Positions 25,200-36,019 of a stretch of DNA of 64,000 nt are shown here, one piece after another. This stretch comes from Piedraia hortae CBS 480.64 (taxonomy: Eukaryota). The translations under genes were made by a program, and so were the position numbers. The notes below the pieces were generated by a model. It saw nothing but the letters and a program-made list of their open reading frames with translations. It was not told the origin of the DNA and made no database searches. The stretch lies in the NCBI GenBank assembly GCA_010093745.1, contig MU005998.1, positions 1 to 64,000 of the forward strand, in the 5' to 3' direction. Each line of letters begins with the position of its first letter. The stretch's first letter is position 1.

Positions 25200-25560
25200 A
25201 TGGGCGTTCCCGACATGCAGCAGTGCGTGCGCGTTGAAACTCATCGCGGACCGACGCCTAGCTATCCCTGATGGAACTACTCAGGAGCTCCGATCCCTTG
25301 GTGATGATAAGCTCGCTTTGCCCTCTGCGGTGCCGGCCTGCGCGAGAAGGGTTTTACCGCAGCCTGGCAAGCCGCAGAATTACACCGCTGGGAGTTGAGA
25401 TGTCGAGAGTCCGGTACTTCTTGGGCCTTGTGATAGGGTTCACAATTGCCTTTTGCAACGCTCTGCACATGTCAGCCAAGCCCCCAATGTTGAACCAGTA
25501 GATGTCGGGCTTTGGGGTAAAGACCTGCATGGAACGCCGCAATGGATAACAGTGGTACTT
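25200..25560 (-). pseudogene. Fragment of a Rix7/Cdc48-family AAA-ATPase (second AAA module)
   Basis: Frameshifted reading: PDIYWFNIGGLADMCRALQKAIVNPITRPKKYRTLDISTPSGVIL / GLPGCGKTLLAQAGTAEGKA / LIITKGSELLSSSIRDS*ASVRDEFQRAR. Contains a Walker A and the KG(P/S)ELL motif. Confidence 0.8.
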
Positions 25561-26199
25561 CAGGCTTCGGGATGCTGACATCTCTTGAAAGGGCGATAAA
25601 GAGTTTCAATTTCTTGACTTCGCTAATTATATCAACCGAACCGCCGAAGACTTGTTGGCACAGTGCGTCACAGTACCGTCCTCCGAGCCAGGAATTGCTT
25701 TACTCGCGAAATTAGAATGATCGGCACCCAAAAAGCCACCAGTGAGATTTGCGAGTTAGCAGACTTGGTACGGTGCTCAGAGGAAAAGGTTCAATAAGTC
25801 CCAACAACGAGAACAATCCAGACTCCTATCTACTGGGAAGCTATGATGTTATAAACCAATCCAGAAGCGCCGTTCATTCGTGCGTGGTAGCGAGCGTAGC
25901 GATGAATAACTAGCAGGGCGCGTCAGTGTATCAAATTGGGTTTAGACAACCTCTATACTGACTAGAACGTAACAACTTGGAGGTTGTCACGAAATTGGTG
26001 GTAGCTGTAGTGCGTGATGCGGCCCGTACCACGTAGACCCGCCCGCGTCCCGTTCCGTCCGTCCGGGAATCTCCGTAACATTGTCAAATCATCTCTTTCT
26101 CACATTGTACAATCTCCGGTTGACGAACACGATATCAACGCTACCTACTATATCGCATAGACCTCTACCGACTTGCTACTCATGGCTCTTTGGCATTTA

Positions 26200-26515
26200 G
26201 AAGTGAAATCACGCACAACGATGTTTAGACCTCCACTATCACGATCTTCCGACGTTCTACTGGGAATCGACGAGGTGTAGTGTGACCCCTAAGTATTGTA
26301 TGATGTTTTTCTATCTACTGAGGTCGAACAGTAAGGAGCCGCTCTTGAATCTTAGTTCCACAGCCTCTCCAGATCACACAATCTCTTCCAGCATGACCAT
26401 CTTCAGACGAGATCACGGAGGGCCAGGATTTTAGCCTGGCTACTCTGCAAGACATAAGGTCGAGCAGGCGCTTGGAAGTCCGCTGGTTGTCGAGGATGAT
26501 GTGGGTGTTGGTGGG
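26200..26515 (+). pseudogene. Partial copy of orphan family X
   Basis: Nucleotide similarity to 37380-37760 (CTTCCGACGTTCTAC.G.GAATCGACGA, GGAGCCGC.CTTGAA.CTTAGTT, CGAGGATGATGTGG). Confidence 0.7.
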
Positions 26516-26721
26516 CAGCTTCGAACGGTCAAGATTCCATGCGGTGTATGCTGCATATACCCCGCATTCGTTCCATGATGTAATGCATCTACGTATCGTA
26601 AGACTATCGAAGTTTGAGATAGCCGTCGGCTTTCCTTATCAAACCTTCCGTCCCCGCATAACCCCGCTCTTAGATAGTACAAGTAGTAAACGAAACCATT
26701 CTCCATAGACTACATCTAAAA

Positions 26722-28218
26722 ATGAGCCTCACCGTCGACCTCACCGCGCCCAACGGCACGAAATACACCCAGCCAATCGGACTCTTCATAAATAACGAAT
26801 GGGTCCCCTCCAGTAACAACGAAAAACTAACCTCCATCAACCCCACAGACGAATCGGAGATCGTCTCCGTCTACGCCGCGGGCCCCGAAGACGTCGACAA
26901 AGCAGTCGCCGCAGCAAAAGTGGCCTTCAAACCTGGGAGTCCATGGCGCAAAATGGCACCCGAAGAGCGGGGTGCACTCCTCTACAGACTTGGCGATCTC
27001 ATAACCAAAAACCAAGCTCTCCTTGCCACAATCGAAACATGGGATAACGGCAAGCCCTACCGCGCCGCGCATGATGAAGACGTAGCTGAAGTAGCAAAGT
27101 GTATAAAATACTACGCCGGGTGGGCGGATAAAGTCCACGGGCAGGTAATCGACACTGGGCCCGCGAAGCTCGCCTATACGTTACGTGAGCCGATAGGTGT
27201 GTGCGGGCAGATAATCCCATGGAACTACCCGCTTGCGATGGCGGCGTGGAAAATTGGGCCGGCGATTGCGTGTGGGAATGTTGTGATTCTTAAAGCAGCG
27301 GAGCAGACGCCATTGTCAATTCTTGTGCTGGCGAATTTGATCAAAGAGGCGGGGTTCCCGCCGGGGGTGATCAATATCTTGAATGGTTATGGAAAGGTGG
27401 CAGGGAATGCGATTGTGCAGCATCCAGGGATTAATAAGATTGCGTTTACGGGGAGTACGGCTACGGCGAAGGAAATTTTGAAAGGGGCGGCGCCGACGAT
27501 GAAAAGTGTTACGCTGGAGACAGGGGGGAAGAGTCCGCTGATTGTGTTTGATGATTGTGATCTGGATCAGGCGGTTAAGTGGGCCCATATGGGCATCATG
27601 TCCAATGCTGGACAGATTTGTACGGCTACGTCGCGGGTGCTCGTGCAAAAGGGGATTTATGAAAAGTTTGTGGAGGGGTTCAAGGCGACAGTTAAGGAGA
27701 GATCAACTGTTGGGGATCCGTTTGATGAGAAGACGTTTCAGGGTCCGCAAGTCAGTAAGGCGCAGTTTGACCGTGTGTTGTTGTATGCGCGTGCGGGAGA
27801 GGAAGAGGGCGCCACTCTCACAATGGGCGGGCATAATCACTCGGATAAGGGGTTCTTCATCCAGCCGACGATTTTTACTGATGTGAAGCCCACGATGAGG
27901 ATCTTCCAGGAAGAGGTTTTTGGTCCATTCGTTGTGCTCGTGCCGTTTGAAAAGGAGGAAGATGCGATCAACCTCGCCAACGATTCGACATATGGCCTGG
28001 GTTCTGCTATCTTCACTCAGAATCTGACCAAGGCGCATAGAGTTGCCGGGAGGATCGAGTCTGGGACGGTGTGGATCAATTCGTCGCAAGATAGCGATTA
28101 CCACATTCCGTTTGGAGGAGTCAAGTACTCTGGAATCGGTAGGGAGTTGGGTGAGGAGGGTCTGCATGCGTATACGACGGTCAAGTCTGTGCATGTTAAC
28201 ATGGGGACAGAGTTGTAG
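26722..28218 (+). CDS. Aldehyde dehydrogenase (ALDH1/2-like, cytosolic)
   Basis: IIPWNYP, FTGSTAT, LETGGKSP (catalytic Glu), GQICTA (catalytic Cys), EEVFGP, PFGGVKYSGIGRELG. Confidence 0.97.
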   Translation: MSLTVDLTAPNGTKYTQPIGLFINNEWVPSSNNEKLTSINPTDESEIVSVYAAGPEDVDKAVAAAKVAFKPGSPWRKMAPEERGALLYRLGDLITKNQALLATIETWDNGKPYRAAHDEDVAEVAKCIKYYAGWADKVHGQVIDTGPAKLAYTLREPIGVCGQIIPWNYPLAMAAWKIGPAIACGNVVILKAAEQTPLSILVLANLIKEAGFPPGVINILNGYGKVAGNAIVQHPGINKIAFTGSTATAKEILKGAAPTMKSVTLETGGKSPLIVFDDCDLDQAVKWAHMGIMSNAGQICTATSRVLVQKGIYEKFVEGFKATVKERSTVGDPFDEKTFQGPQVSKAQFDRVLLYARAGEEEGATLTMGGHNHSDKGFFIQPTIFTDVKPTMRIFQEEVFGPFVVLVPFEKEEDAINLANDSTYGLGSAIFTQNLTKAHRVAGRIESGTVWINSSQDSDYHIPFGGVKYSGIGRELGEEGLHAYTTVKSVHVNMGTEL

Positions 28219-28247
28219 GTATCTTACGAGATTATGATTAGCTGAAT

Positions 28248-30131
28248 TTACACAGGTTTGAGGTGATATGTCCTCCACTCGTCGGGAGTGACCTGTCCAG
28301 GGCTTCCCACAAGGACATCTTCGCCTCTGTTTCCTTTCGGGAAAGCCATGACATGCTTCACTGACGTTCTGCTTAACATTACCGTTAATAGGCGGTCGAA
28401 TCCCAGCGCGATGCCCGCGTGCGGCGGACATCCACTTCCCAATACCTTGATCAGATGATCAAAATGTGCCCTCGTTTGCTCAGGAAGGCAGAGAACCTCC
28501 TTGAGGATCAACTCCTGCATGGCAGCATTATGTATCCGTTTACTTCCCCCGCCGAGCTCCACACCGTTGACTACAAGATCATAGTGATCCGCAGTAACAG
28601 CCAAGGGGTCTGTAAGCAACCTATCCACATCCTCAGCCGTCTTCGGTGAGGTAAATGGGTGGTGTGTAGAACTCAAACCGCCGTCAGCAGTAGGAGTGAA
28701 GAGCGGAAAGTCCGTGATCCACCTAACGTCAAACCCATTTGGGTTCACCAGGTATTCATTTCTTACCGCGAAGCGGATCATCCCGCTGCGGAGGGAGCCC
28801 AACTGCGTAGTACCACTCCCATCAAACCACCTATCAGGCCTAGCCTGGAGGATCAAAATATCCCCCTCCTCCAGTCCAAAAAACTGCTCAATTGCATCCG
28901 CGGCCTCGAACCCCAACGCCGCAAGACCATTCACAGGCTGGCGAGGTGAAAAGAAAAAAACCCCAGGCTGATCACCTTTGATCTCCGCCTCAGTCTTCAT
29001 GAACCTATCCACAAATTCCTTCGCACGACTTGCGTCCTCCAGCCTCAAACTAAACCCCTCAACCACAGGCTCCGCCAACCGCGACAGCTTCGCCACACAC
29101 TCAGGCGGCAAAAGCTGCCCAACGGGCTTAATCTCAGCCCCAAACCTAACATCAGGTTTATCCGAACCGAACCTTGTCATTGCCTCGTGATAAGTCATCC
29201 GCTCAAACTTTTGCGGAAGCGAGACACCTAATAGCTCCTCCCATAGGGCTCTAACAAGTCCCTCCGTCACAGCCTTGACGTCCTCCGCATCGGCAAACCC
29301 CATCTCAAGATCTACCTGTGTGAACTCAGGCTGACGATCGGCGCGCAGGTCCTCGTCACGGAAACAGCGTGCGATTTGGAAGTAGCGTGACACGCCGCTC
29401 GCCATGAGTATCTGCTTGTACTGCTGCGGGCTCTGGGGTAGGGCGTACGCCTTGTTCTGATTACGTGTAGGGACAAGGAACTCCCGCGCTCCTTCGGGGG
29501 TTGATTTGAAGAGGATTGGGGTCTCATATTCGATGAATGATTGCTTTGTGAGGTGGTTTCTTATGAGTTGGGAGGCTGCACTGCGGAATTTGAGCGCTTC
29601 CCGGAGTTTTGGGGAGGTGCGGATTTGTAAGTGCCTGTCTTCTGGTCCGCAAGGGGGTAGGGGTGCTGGTGCAATGGTGTTGAGTGGGAGAATGGATTCG
29701 AGCTTGACTTCGACGGATGTGATGAGGGATTTGGTGGCTGACCTGGGAGCTTCTCGAGGTTTAAGTGTGCCCGAGATGAGGACTGGTGTGTTCGTGTCTA
29801 GATTGCGGAGTGTTGCATGCGCTGAGTCATTGAGGGTGGTGGGTGAGGAGACGAGTTGGATGATGTGTTCGAGATCCTCATCGTGGAGCTCGGCAAAGAT
29901 GAGGGATTTGTTTGCCACACGCCGCGTTCCGAGATAGCCTTGTAGTTGGATGGAGGTTGAGGTGTCGCGATTAATGTTGGCGAGGTTGGAGAATCGTGTT
30001 GTGGATGGTTGTTGGGTCAACAAGGAAGACTTAAAGTCGGAGAGAATTCTTGCACTACTGCTGCTGGAACTGTAGCGTTTTGATAGAGCAGCGCGGCTGA
30101 AGAGCAATATCCTCCTCGCAGGGAGGAACAT
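28248..30131 (-). CDS. MSD1: Mitochondrial aspartyl-tRNA synthetase
   Basis: Arg/Ser-rich presequence; TPEGAREFLVP, YALPQSPQQYKQILM, CFRDEDLRADRQPEFTQVDLE, HHPFTSP, PPHAGIALGFDR. Confidence 0.96.
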   Translation of the reverse strand: MFLPARRILLFSRAALSKRYSSSSSSARILSDFKSSLLTQQPSTTRFSNLANINRDTSTSIQLQGYLGTRRVANKSLIFAELHDEDLEHIIQLVSSPTTLNDSAHATLRNLDTNTPVLISGTLKPREAPRSATKSLITSVEVKLESILPLNTIAPAPLPPCGPEDRHLQIRTSPKLREALKFRSAASQLIRNHLTKQSFIEYETPILFKSTPEGAREFLVPTRNQNKAYALPQSPQQYKQILMASGVSRYFQIARCFRDEDLRADRQPEFTQVDLEMGFADAEDVKAVTEGLVRALWEELLGVSLPQKFERMTYHEAMTRFGSDKPDVRFGAEIKPVGQLLPPECVAKLSRLAEPVVEGFSLRLEDASRAKEFVDRFMKTEAEIKGDQPGVFFFSPRQPVNGLAALGFEAADAIEQFFGLEEGDILILQARPDRWFDGSGTTQLGSLRSGMIRFAVRNEYLVNPNGFDVRWITDFPLFTPTADGGLSSTHHPFTSPKTAEDVDRLLTDPLAVTADHYDLVVNGVELGGGSKRIHNAAMQELILKEVLCLPEQTRAHFDHLIKVLGSGCPPHAGIALGFDRLLTVMLSRTSVKHVMAFPKGNRGEDVLVGSPGQVTPDEWRTYHLKPV

Positions 30132-30284
30132 TGATGATGGTGAAGTCGCGGACTTCCTGATTGGGTTAGGCAGTCGGTTACCACGCTAGACCCAAAAGGG
30201 ACAAGGCGAACAACTCCACTAACCCGATGTGGAAGCATGTTTACCACTGCCCCACAACCAGCAGTTTGAGAACAAGAAGATGAG

Positions 30285-32156
30285 ATGAACAAGCCGATTT
30301 CAACCCCTTTGATCATCACAACACCAAGCCGTGTCTACACTTGGAACAGTTCCGGCCTTCACGTAACCTTTGTCAGCAGCAAACGCGGCATCGTTACCTC
30401 TCGATCTGCTGGGAACCATATTGCTGTTGCAGGCACACACGTCGTTGTCTTACACCCTATAAACAGTGCAACTGAGAATCAACAACGGTCATGGGGCCTC
30501 GAAGCTGCCGAAGATAATCAAGTTCGGCAGCTGGAATATGCCCCCACTGCAAAACGTCTCTACCTCTCCACCACACTCACTGGTGCCATCCAGGAATACT
30601 CTCTTGAAGATGGCCAAACTCTCACGGCTACAACTCCAGTCCACCCTACCTCACCGGTGGCCCTTGCCGTCTCCCCAGATGGAAAGACCATGATCTCCGC
30701 CTCGGAAAGCCCACCCGTCAGCTACCTCCACGACCTAGAAAATAACATCTCGCGCCAAATAAAGCCGCAAGCATCAACCACAGCCGTTTGTGTCGCGGCA
30801 TTCCATCCGCGTAGGGCTCATTCCTTCCTCTTGGGGTTCAAAGATGGCACCCTGGCGGGGTATAACGCTCGGAAGGTGAAGGGGGAAAGGGGTGATGGAG
30901 AGGTTTCCCATCTCAAGCGTCTTCATCAAAGCACGGCAGCGGGCGGAGGCACCGTTGCGGGAGCGGTATTTCTCGAGGGCCACAAGTCACGGGCGGTCAG
31001 TATTAGCGCTGATGGTCGCTGCAGATTGGTGGATTTTGCTGATGGGGGCGTTGTGCTCCGCTCTTGGCATGCGCAGGGCGAGTTGACTTGTGTTGCTGTC
31101 TTTGATGGGCTGATTGCTGTAGGCAGGAGGGATGGGCAGGTGCAAGTTTATGATGAGGTTGGAATTCTTAAAGCTACGCGGAGTGTGGCGGAGGAAAAGA
31201 TCATCGGTGTTGAATGGGTGAGTGGTGAGGAATATGCTGCGGAAATGCAAGAAGAGAGGGGTTTCGTGTCTGCATTGGGCTCGTATCCATCTCTGACTTC
31301 CCCAGAAGACGTGAGGGAAGCGGATCCTCCTCAAGACAAATTTCTCAGTCTGTTCTCTCCACTAAAGGCGGTCGAAGATGAGCCGCCGCCGCCCGTTCCA
31401 TTGAGAATTCGTCCGCTAAGACAGGGAATGAGTACAGAGGCCCAACCGCCGGTGAAGAGGATGGTGGACCCTTCGCCGAGGAAGTTTGCAATGCTTCGAA
31501 CACCAAAAAGGAGTGCCCTTCCTAAGAACAGTTCCAATGCGGAGAGGAACGCAAAGTTACTTGCCGACTTGAGGAGACTGAATCCGAGGGAGAAAAAGGG
31601 TACGTTGGCACTATATAGCTCTGATAGTCAGAGACTCGCACCAGTGACAAAAGAGGATGAGAGTCCGGACAAGGAGGGCCCAATGGATATATGGCTCACT
31701 GAGCCTTCATCAGGCAGTGAAAGCGAGAGGCCGAAGAGGGAGAAGGTGAGGAAGAGTAGATTTGCGGAACGATTCTCTACATTGAACAGTGAGGATCCTA
31801 AGATGTCGTCTCCGGCGAAATCGACACTAAAGGGTGATGAAGAGAGCGATTACAAGACGGCTTCGCCTGGGAAGAGCTTGGTTGGTGAGGAAGCCTCTGG
31901 AGAAAAGGAGTCATCGGAAGAGTCGGGTAAGACCGTTGTCCGGACTCATATTGAGAGCATTGGGACTTGTGTCCGGGCAAAATATGATGGTAATGACAGC
32001 ACTGAAAGTGTTTACCAAAAGGACGGTGAATACAGAGTGCAGTGCGCGGATTGTATAAAGACCAAAGACGAGATTGCAAGGCTCAAGGGAGAGATTATGG
32101 CCCTGAGGGCTGTTATGAGAAGACATGGGATTGTTACATCGGACTACAGGAAATGA
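30285..32156 (+). CDS. WD40-repeat protein with disordered middle and C-terminal CxxC plus coiled coil
   Basis: 623-aa ORF; WD-like repeats (ALAVSPDG, VAAFHP, DGRCRLVDF, DGQVQVYD) in about the first 310 aa; C-terminal CADC...EIARLKGEIMALR. Confidence 0.85.
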   Translation: MNKPISTPLIITTPSRVYTWNSSGLHVTFVSSKRGIVTSRSAGNHIAVAGTHVVVLHPINSATENQQRSWGLEAAEDNQVRQLEYAPTAKRLYLSTTLTGAIQEYSLEDGQTLTATTPVHPTSPVALAVSPDGKTMISASESPPVSYLHDLENNISRQIKPQASTTAVCVAAFHPRRAHSFLLGFKDGTLAGYNARKVKGERGDGEVSHLKRLHQSTAAGGGTVAGAVFLEGHKSRAVSISADGRCRLVDFADGGVVLRSWHAQGELTCVAVFDGLIAVGRRDGQVQVYDEVGILKATRSVAEEKIIGVEWVSGEEYAAEMQEERGFVSALGSYPSLTSPEDVREADPPQDKFLSLFSPLKAVEDEPPPPVPLRIRPLRQGMSTEAQPPVKRMVDPSPRKFAMLRTPKRSALPKNSSNAERNAKLLADLRRLNPREKKGTLALYSSDSQRLAPVTKEDESPDKEGPMDIWLTEPSSGSESERPKREKVRKSRFAERFSTLNSEDPKMSSPAKSTLKGDEESDYKTASPGKSLVGEEASGEKESSEESGKTVVRTHIESIGTCVRAKYDGNDSTESVYQKDGEYRVQCADCIKTKDEIARLKGEIMALRAVMRRHGIVTSDYRK

Positions 32157-32586
32157 TCTGAATAAGCTATGAAAATTATAAATTATGAGTATTAATGTGT
32201 ATTTCAGCGTCCGATATTTCTCAGCCAAGGTTGGAAGGTAGCACATTACCAGCATTAGGTGTGCTATAGGGTGAAGCCTCCTGGTGTTGGTGTTATATCA
32301 TTGACTCTACCCCAGAGGGTCATGTGGCGCTCTTGAAGATGAGTCGGGGACCAACATATTAGCGACGTCTTACGACTCTTCATGATACTGTGCGTTGACC
32401 ATTCGGTGCACTATGTATCCTTTGTTGTTCTCTCTTAATTGGATCCCCTTGAACTCACCTCTTCTCCACCTTGTATACGTCACCTATTTTCCAATCAACA
32501 TCAATAATCTATGACTCAAAGCGCGACGTTCAGCAGAAATCTAAAGGCCCCTCAAAGGCCAACATACTTCTAAGGTGACTTACATA

Positions 32587-33180
32587 TTACATTAAGAACT
32601 TTGGCTTTGGCTGATCATTATCCGGTCTTCCCGGTTCTGACATCTTCTCATTTCTTTTCCTATCCGCCGTCTCGCGCCCCAGCCGCCCCCCATCAGTTCC
32701 TTCCTCTGATGACCTCTTTTCATCTCTTTTCCTATCTGGCATCTTTTCCAGGTCCCGCACGAACTGATCCCATTCTACTTCAGCCGCCGTATCGTCCGTA
32801 CTCAAAAAACCCTTGACATCAACATCTTGACCCGACCTTAATTTCTGAATCACCTCCCGTAACGCCGTAATCTTTGCATCTGTTTTACGGTTGAAGTTGG
32901 CAATGTCATTTCGCAGTCCGATGATTTGAATCGCATTAGAGCCGACCAGCAGGCCCAGGAAAGCAAATGTGCTATATGGCGAGGCCCAGAAACTCGGCCT
33001 TTCTGCTCGAGCTTGTGCTCGCTCGGCCGCTTCTGCCGCGTTTGTTGGTCGACGGAAGGGTTTGGGCGCCAGGGAAGACCAGAAGGTCGTGGATGCTACG
33101 CGAGGGAGTTTAGAATTAGGATTGTGTACATCTTCTAGGCGTCTGGTATGCGTTGCAAACGTTCGCCTGAGGTGCCGCAT
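32587..33180 (-). CDS. Conserved fungal hypothetical protein (DUF5321-like), probably mitochondrial membrane
   Basis: LPRVAS..FW.SL.PKPFR, a single TM segment ending GSNAIQ, R.TDAKI..LREVI.KL..G.DVDV, E.EW motifs. Confidence 0.8.
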   Translation of the reverse strand: MRHLRRTFATHTRRLEDVHNPNSKLPRVASTTFWSSLAPKPFRRPTNAAEAAERAQARAERPSFWASPYSTFAFLGLLVGSNAIQIIGLRNDIANFNRKTDAKITALREVIQKLRSGQDVDVKGFLSTDDTAAEVEWDQFVRDLEKMPDRKRDEKRSSEEGTDGGRLGRETADRKRNEKMSEPGRPDNDQPKPKFLM

Positions 33181-33326
33181 GGTCGCCGATGATGTTGGGC
33201 AAAGAGCGGAACGCTTCCGATGTGACTCCCGTGACTTTTGACCCACCACGACATTTGACGTCATTGACGCGGTTGTGACTGGAACGCGCCCAGCGCGGTT
33301 TGCAATCAATCAACCGCAACATTACC

Positions 33327-34082
33327 ATGACAGATTACGCGAAAAAGAAGAACGACGATCTCATCGCGTTGTGCAAGGCGCGAGGGTTGCCGCACTCGGG
33401 GAAGAAGGCCGACTTTGTCAAACGTCTGGAAGCTTACGACGTTGCGCACGAGGGCGACGCCAACACAGCCGAAGACGAGATTGACTGGGATGAAACGGCC
33501 GAAGCCGCCAATGCTGCATCCACCGAGCCCGCCGCTGAAGCTATCGAGGCCGGCGGCGTTGGCGAAGTCAAGAACCCCGTGCAGGTGCCCAACCAGATTG
33601 TTGCTGAGGATGCGGCCACGACGAATGACCTGATCGTTGCCGCTGCCGGAGACCCGGCGCCCAACGGCGAGGCTAAACCCGCGCAAGAGGAGAAGAAAGA
33701 GGCGGAAGACGAAGATGATAAGGCAAACTACACCCAAGGCATCGCTGAGCGCACGATTGACGAAGAGATTGAGAAGCGCAAGGCCCGCGCCAAGAAGTTC
33801 GGACTCCCTGAAGACTCTGATGAGATCAAAATCCTCGAACGCGCCAAGAAGTTCGGCCTCGTCGAAGGATCCAAGGCTATGGGACTGCTCAACACGAATC
33901 TTTCCGAACGCCGTGATCGCAAGAGAAAGTCAAGCATCGGTGACAATGACAACACCTTCCGCAAGAAGAAAGGAAACCGTCGTGGCGGGGGAGGCGGTGG
34001 GAGCAGACATCGTAGCGGCGCAAACTGGATGTCGGATGCCGATCGTGCGGCGGCGGACAGGAGGAAACAGCGGTTTGGATGA
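33327..34082 (+). CDS. THO1: SAP-domain mRNP protein (Tho1/MOS11/SARNP-like)
   Basis: N-terminal SAP domain (YAKKKNDDLIALCKARGLPHSGKKADFVKRL), repeated KRKARAKKFG/ERAKKFG motifs, C-terminal RKQRFG. Confidence 0.85.
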   Translation: MTDYAKKKNDDLIALCKARGLPHSGKKADFVKRLEAYDVAHEGDANTAEDEIDWDETAEAANAASTEPAAEAIEAGGVGEVKNPVQVPNQIVAEDAATTNDLIVAAAGDPAPNGEAKPAQEEKKEAEDEDDKANYTQGIAERTIDEEIEKRKARAKKFGLPEDSDEIKILERAKKFGLVEGSKAMGLLNTNLSERRDRKRKSSIGDNDNTFRKKKGNRRGGGGGGSRHRSGANWMSDADRAAADRRKQRFG

Positions 34083-34295
34083 GGTCAAAGCTGTTACTAT
34101 ACTTTGTTATACCCGTCAGGACCTGGAGTCCAGGCTTGGCATCGCACAATGATAAATTACTAATTCGGTAGATAATTCGCTGTGGGATCCCAAAATTCTG
34201 TGGGCTTCCAACTGGCGGCCCGGCACCAAGCTTAGCCGAAGATTCCCCGCGCCAACCAACAACAACTGTCTCTTCCACAACATCGTATAGTGTTG

Positions 34296-35739
34296 ATGCC
34301 GCCACGAATCCCCCTTGTTCGCGTAGCCTCTCCGTTTCCATCATGCTGCACTCCCGCGCTTCCATCTCATAGCAACAACATCTATTGTCAACATCATCCC
34401 TTATTCCGCCAACAAAGAAAGACCATCCCCCTTTTCTTCAAACTCTCTACCCGATTCCACACCCTCTCCAAAATGTCCCACTCCCACCATGGACACAGCC
34501 ATGGCCATGGGCATAGCCACAGTCACGATACAAGCTACCTCGTTAGCAAGAACACGTCAGACCCCGGCGTGCGCATCACGCGGATTGGGCTCTACGTCAA
34601 CGTCGGCATGGCCGTCGCAAAAGGCGCAGGAGGTTATGTTTTCAATTCCCAAGCGTAAGTATCAACCCTGCATGTCACCCGTTTCGGATCCAGAGTCCGG
34701 GGGGCTCTGGATAGGATTATGCATACTGTAGATATCTATATGCAACCCCTATGTAGGACCCATCCACCAAGTAATCCCTTAGCAAGAAAAACGCCAACTA
34801 ACCCTTTGACCCCATAGTCTAACAGCCGACGCCCTCCACGCCCTCACCGATCTCGTATCAGACATCACCACCCTCGCAACAATCTCCTATTCCCTCAAGC
34901 GTGCCACCGCCCGCTTTCCCCTCGGCTACGGCAAAGTCGAATCTCTTGGCGGCCTCGCCGTATGCGGTCTCCTCCTCTCTGGAGGCTTCATGATCGGTTT
35001 CCAAGCCCTCGTGGCTCTATCCCAACAATTCCTCCCCGAACTCGGCCATTTCCTCTCCACTCACATCGGTCACGGGCATTCTCATTCCCACACCGATCTA
35101 TCAGGCATCGGCCCAGACCTCAACGCCGCCTGGCTCGCAGCAGGCAGCATCCTAGTGAAAGAATACCTCTACCGCGCGACCATGCGCATCGCCGAATCTC
35201 AACGCTCCACCGTCCTCGCCGGAAACGCATATCACCACCGCGTTGACTGTCTCACCTCCATTGTCGCCCTCATCACCATCCTTGCAAGTAGATTCGCCAC
35301 CCACGCAGAGTGGCTCGACCCCGTAGGTGGCCTCCTCATCTCAGGCATGATCGTTCAAGCCGGATGGGGCGCGACTCGCCAAGCTCTCCTTGAGCTCGCT
35401 GATGTGTCTGTTGATGACCATGTCAAAGACGATGTTGCAGAAAAGGTCCGCAGTGTCCTTGCTGCGGGAGGGGTAGGGTCGCTTCGCGGTGTGCAGGGCG
35501 TTAAGAGTGGGCAGAGCCTCCTCATGGAGGTTGAGATTGGGGTTAGGAGAGATGCTTCGCTTGGGGATTTGGGAGATTTGGAGGGAAAGGTTAGGGAGGA
35601 AGTTGGGACAGTTAGTGGCGTTAAGAGGGTTGTGATCAGGTTTGTGTCGAGTGATGGTGATGAAAAGGAGCCGTTCGAGGATGAGTTTGTGGAGAGTAAT
35701 GGTTTGAGTAACGGGAATGAGCATGGGAAGAAGGAATGA
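34296..35739 (+). CDS. MMT2: Mitochondrial CDF-family metal (iron) transporter
   Basis: His-rich tract, VRITRIGLYVN; intron 34655-34817, then LTADALHALTDLVSD, FPLGYGKVESLG, NAYHHRVD, LDPVGGLLIS. Start codon uncertain. Confidence 0.9.
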
Positions 35740-36019
35740 CGGGTTTATGGTTATGAGTGGTTTTACAAATCTCGGCGGTGTATGATTATTGTGTCGTTGG
35801 TTCAATGGTGTCTGCATGGTTTGGAGGTTTGATGGAGGAGTGGCGGCTGATAGCGAAAGTGTCACAGGAGGCGCAGACAAGAGGTTGATAAGCCTCTACA
35901 TAGCGAAGACGTGAGCTTAGAGCCTATCTCGAGATGGCCCGTGCTGAGGATATACCTTGGCATGCGGCCCTTTCCTAATAAGTTCACGACTGTCTGGGAC
36001 TCTCCGTACCACGCAATTC

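Noticed and set aside
25985..26080. TGTCACG...CGTAACA bounded 96-bp segment (possible solo LTR)
   Set aside because: Flanks GAGGT and TTGTC do not match; could be chance.
27703..28431. Long antisense ORFs overlapping ALDH, LOS1, MSH6 and other genes
   Set aside because: Shadow ORFs from codon bias of real genes on the opposite strand.
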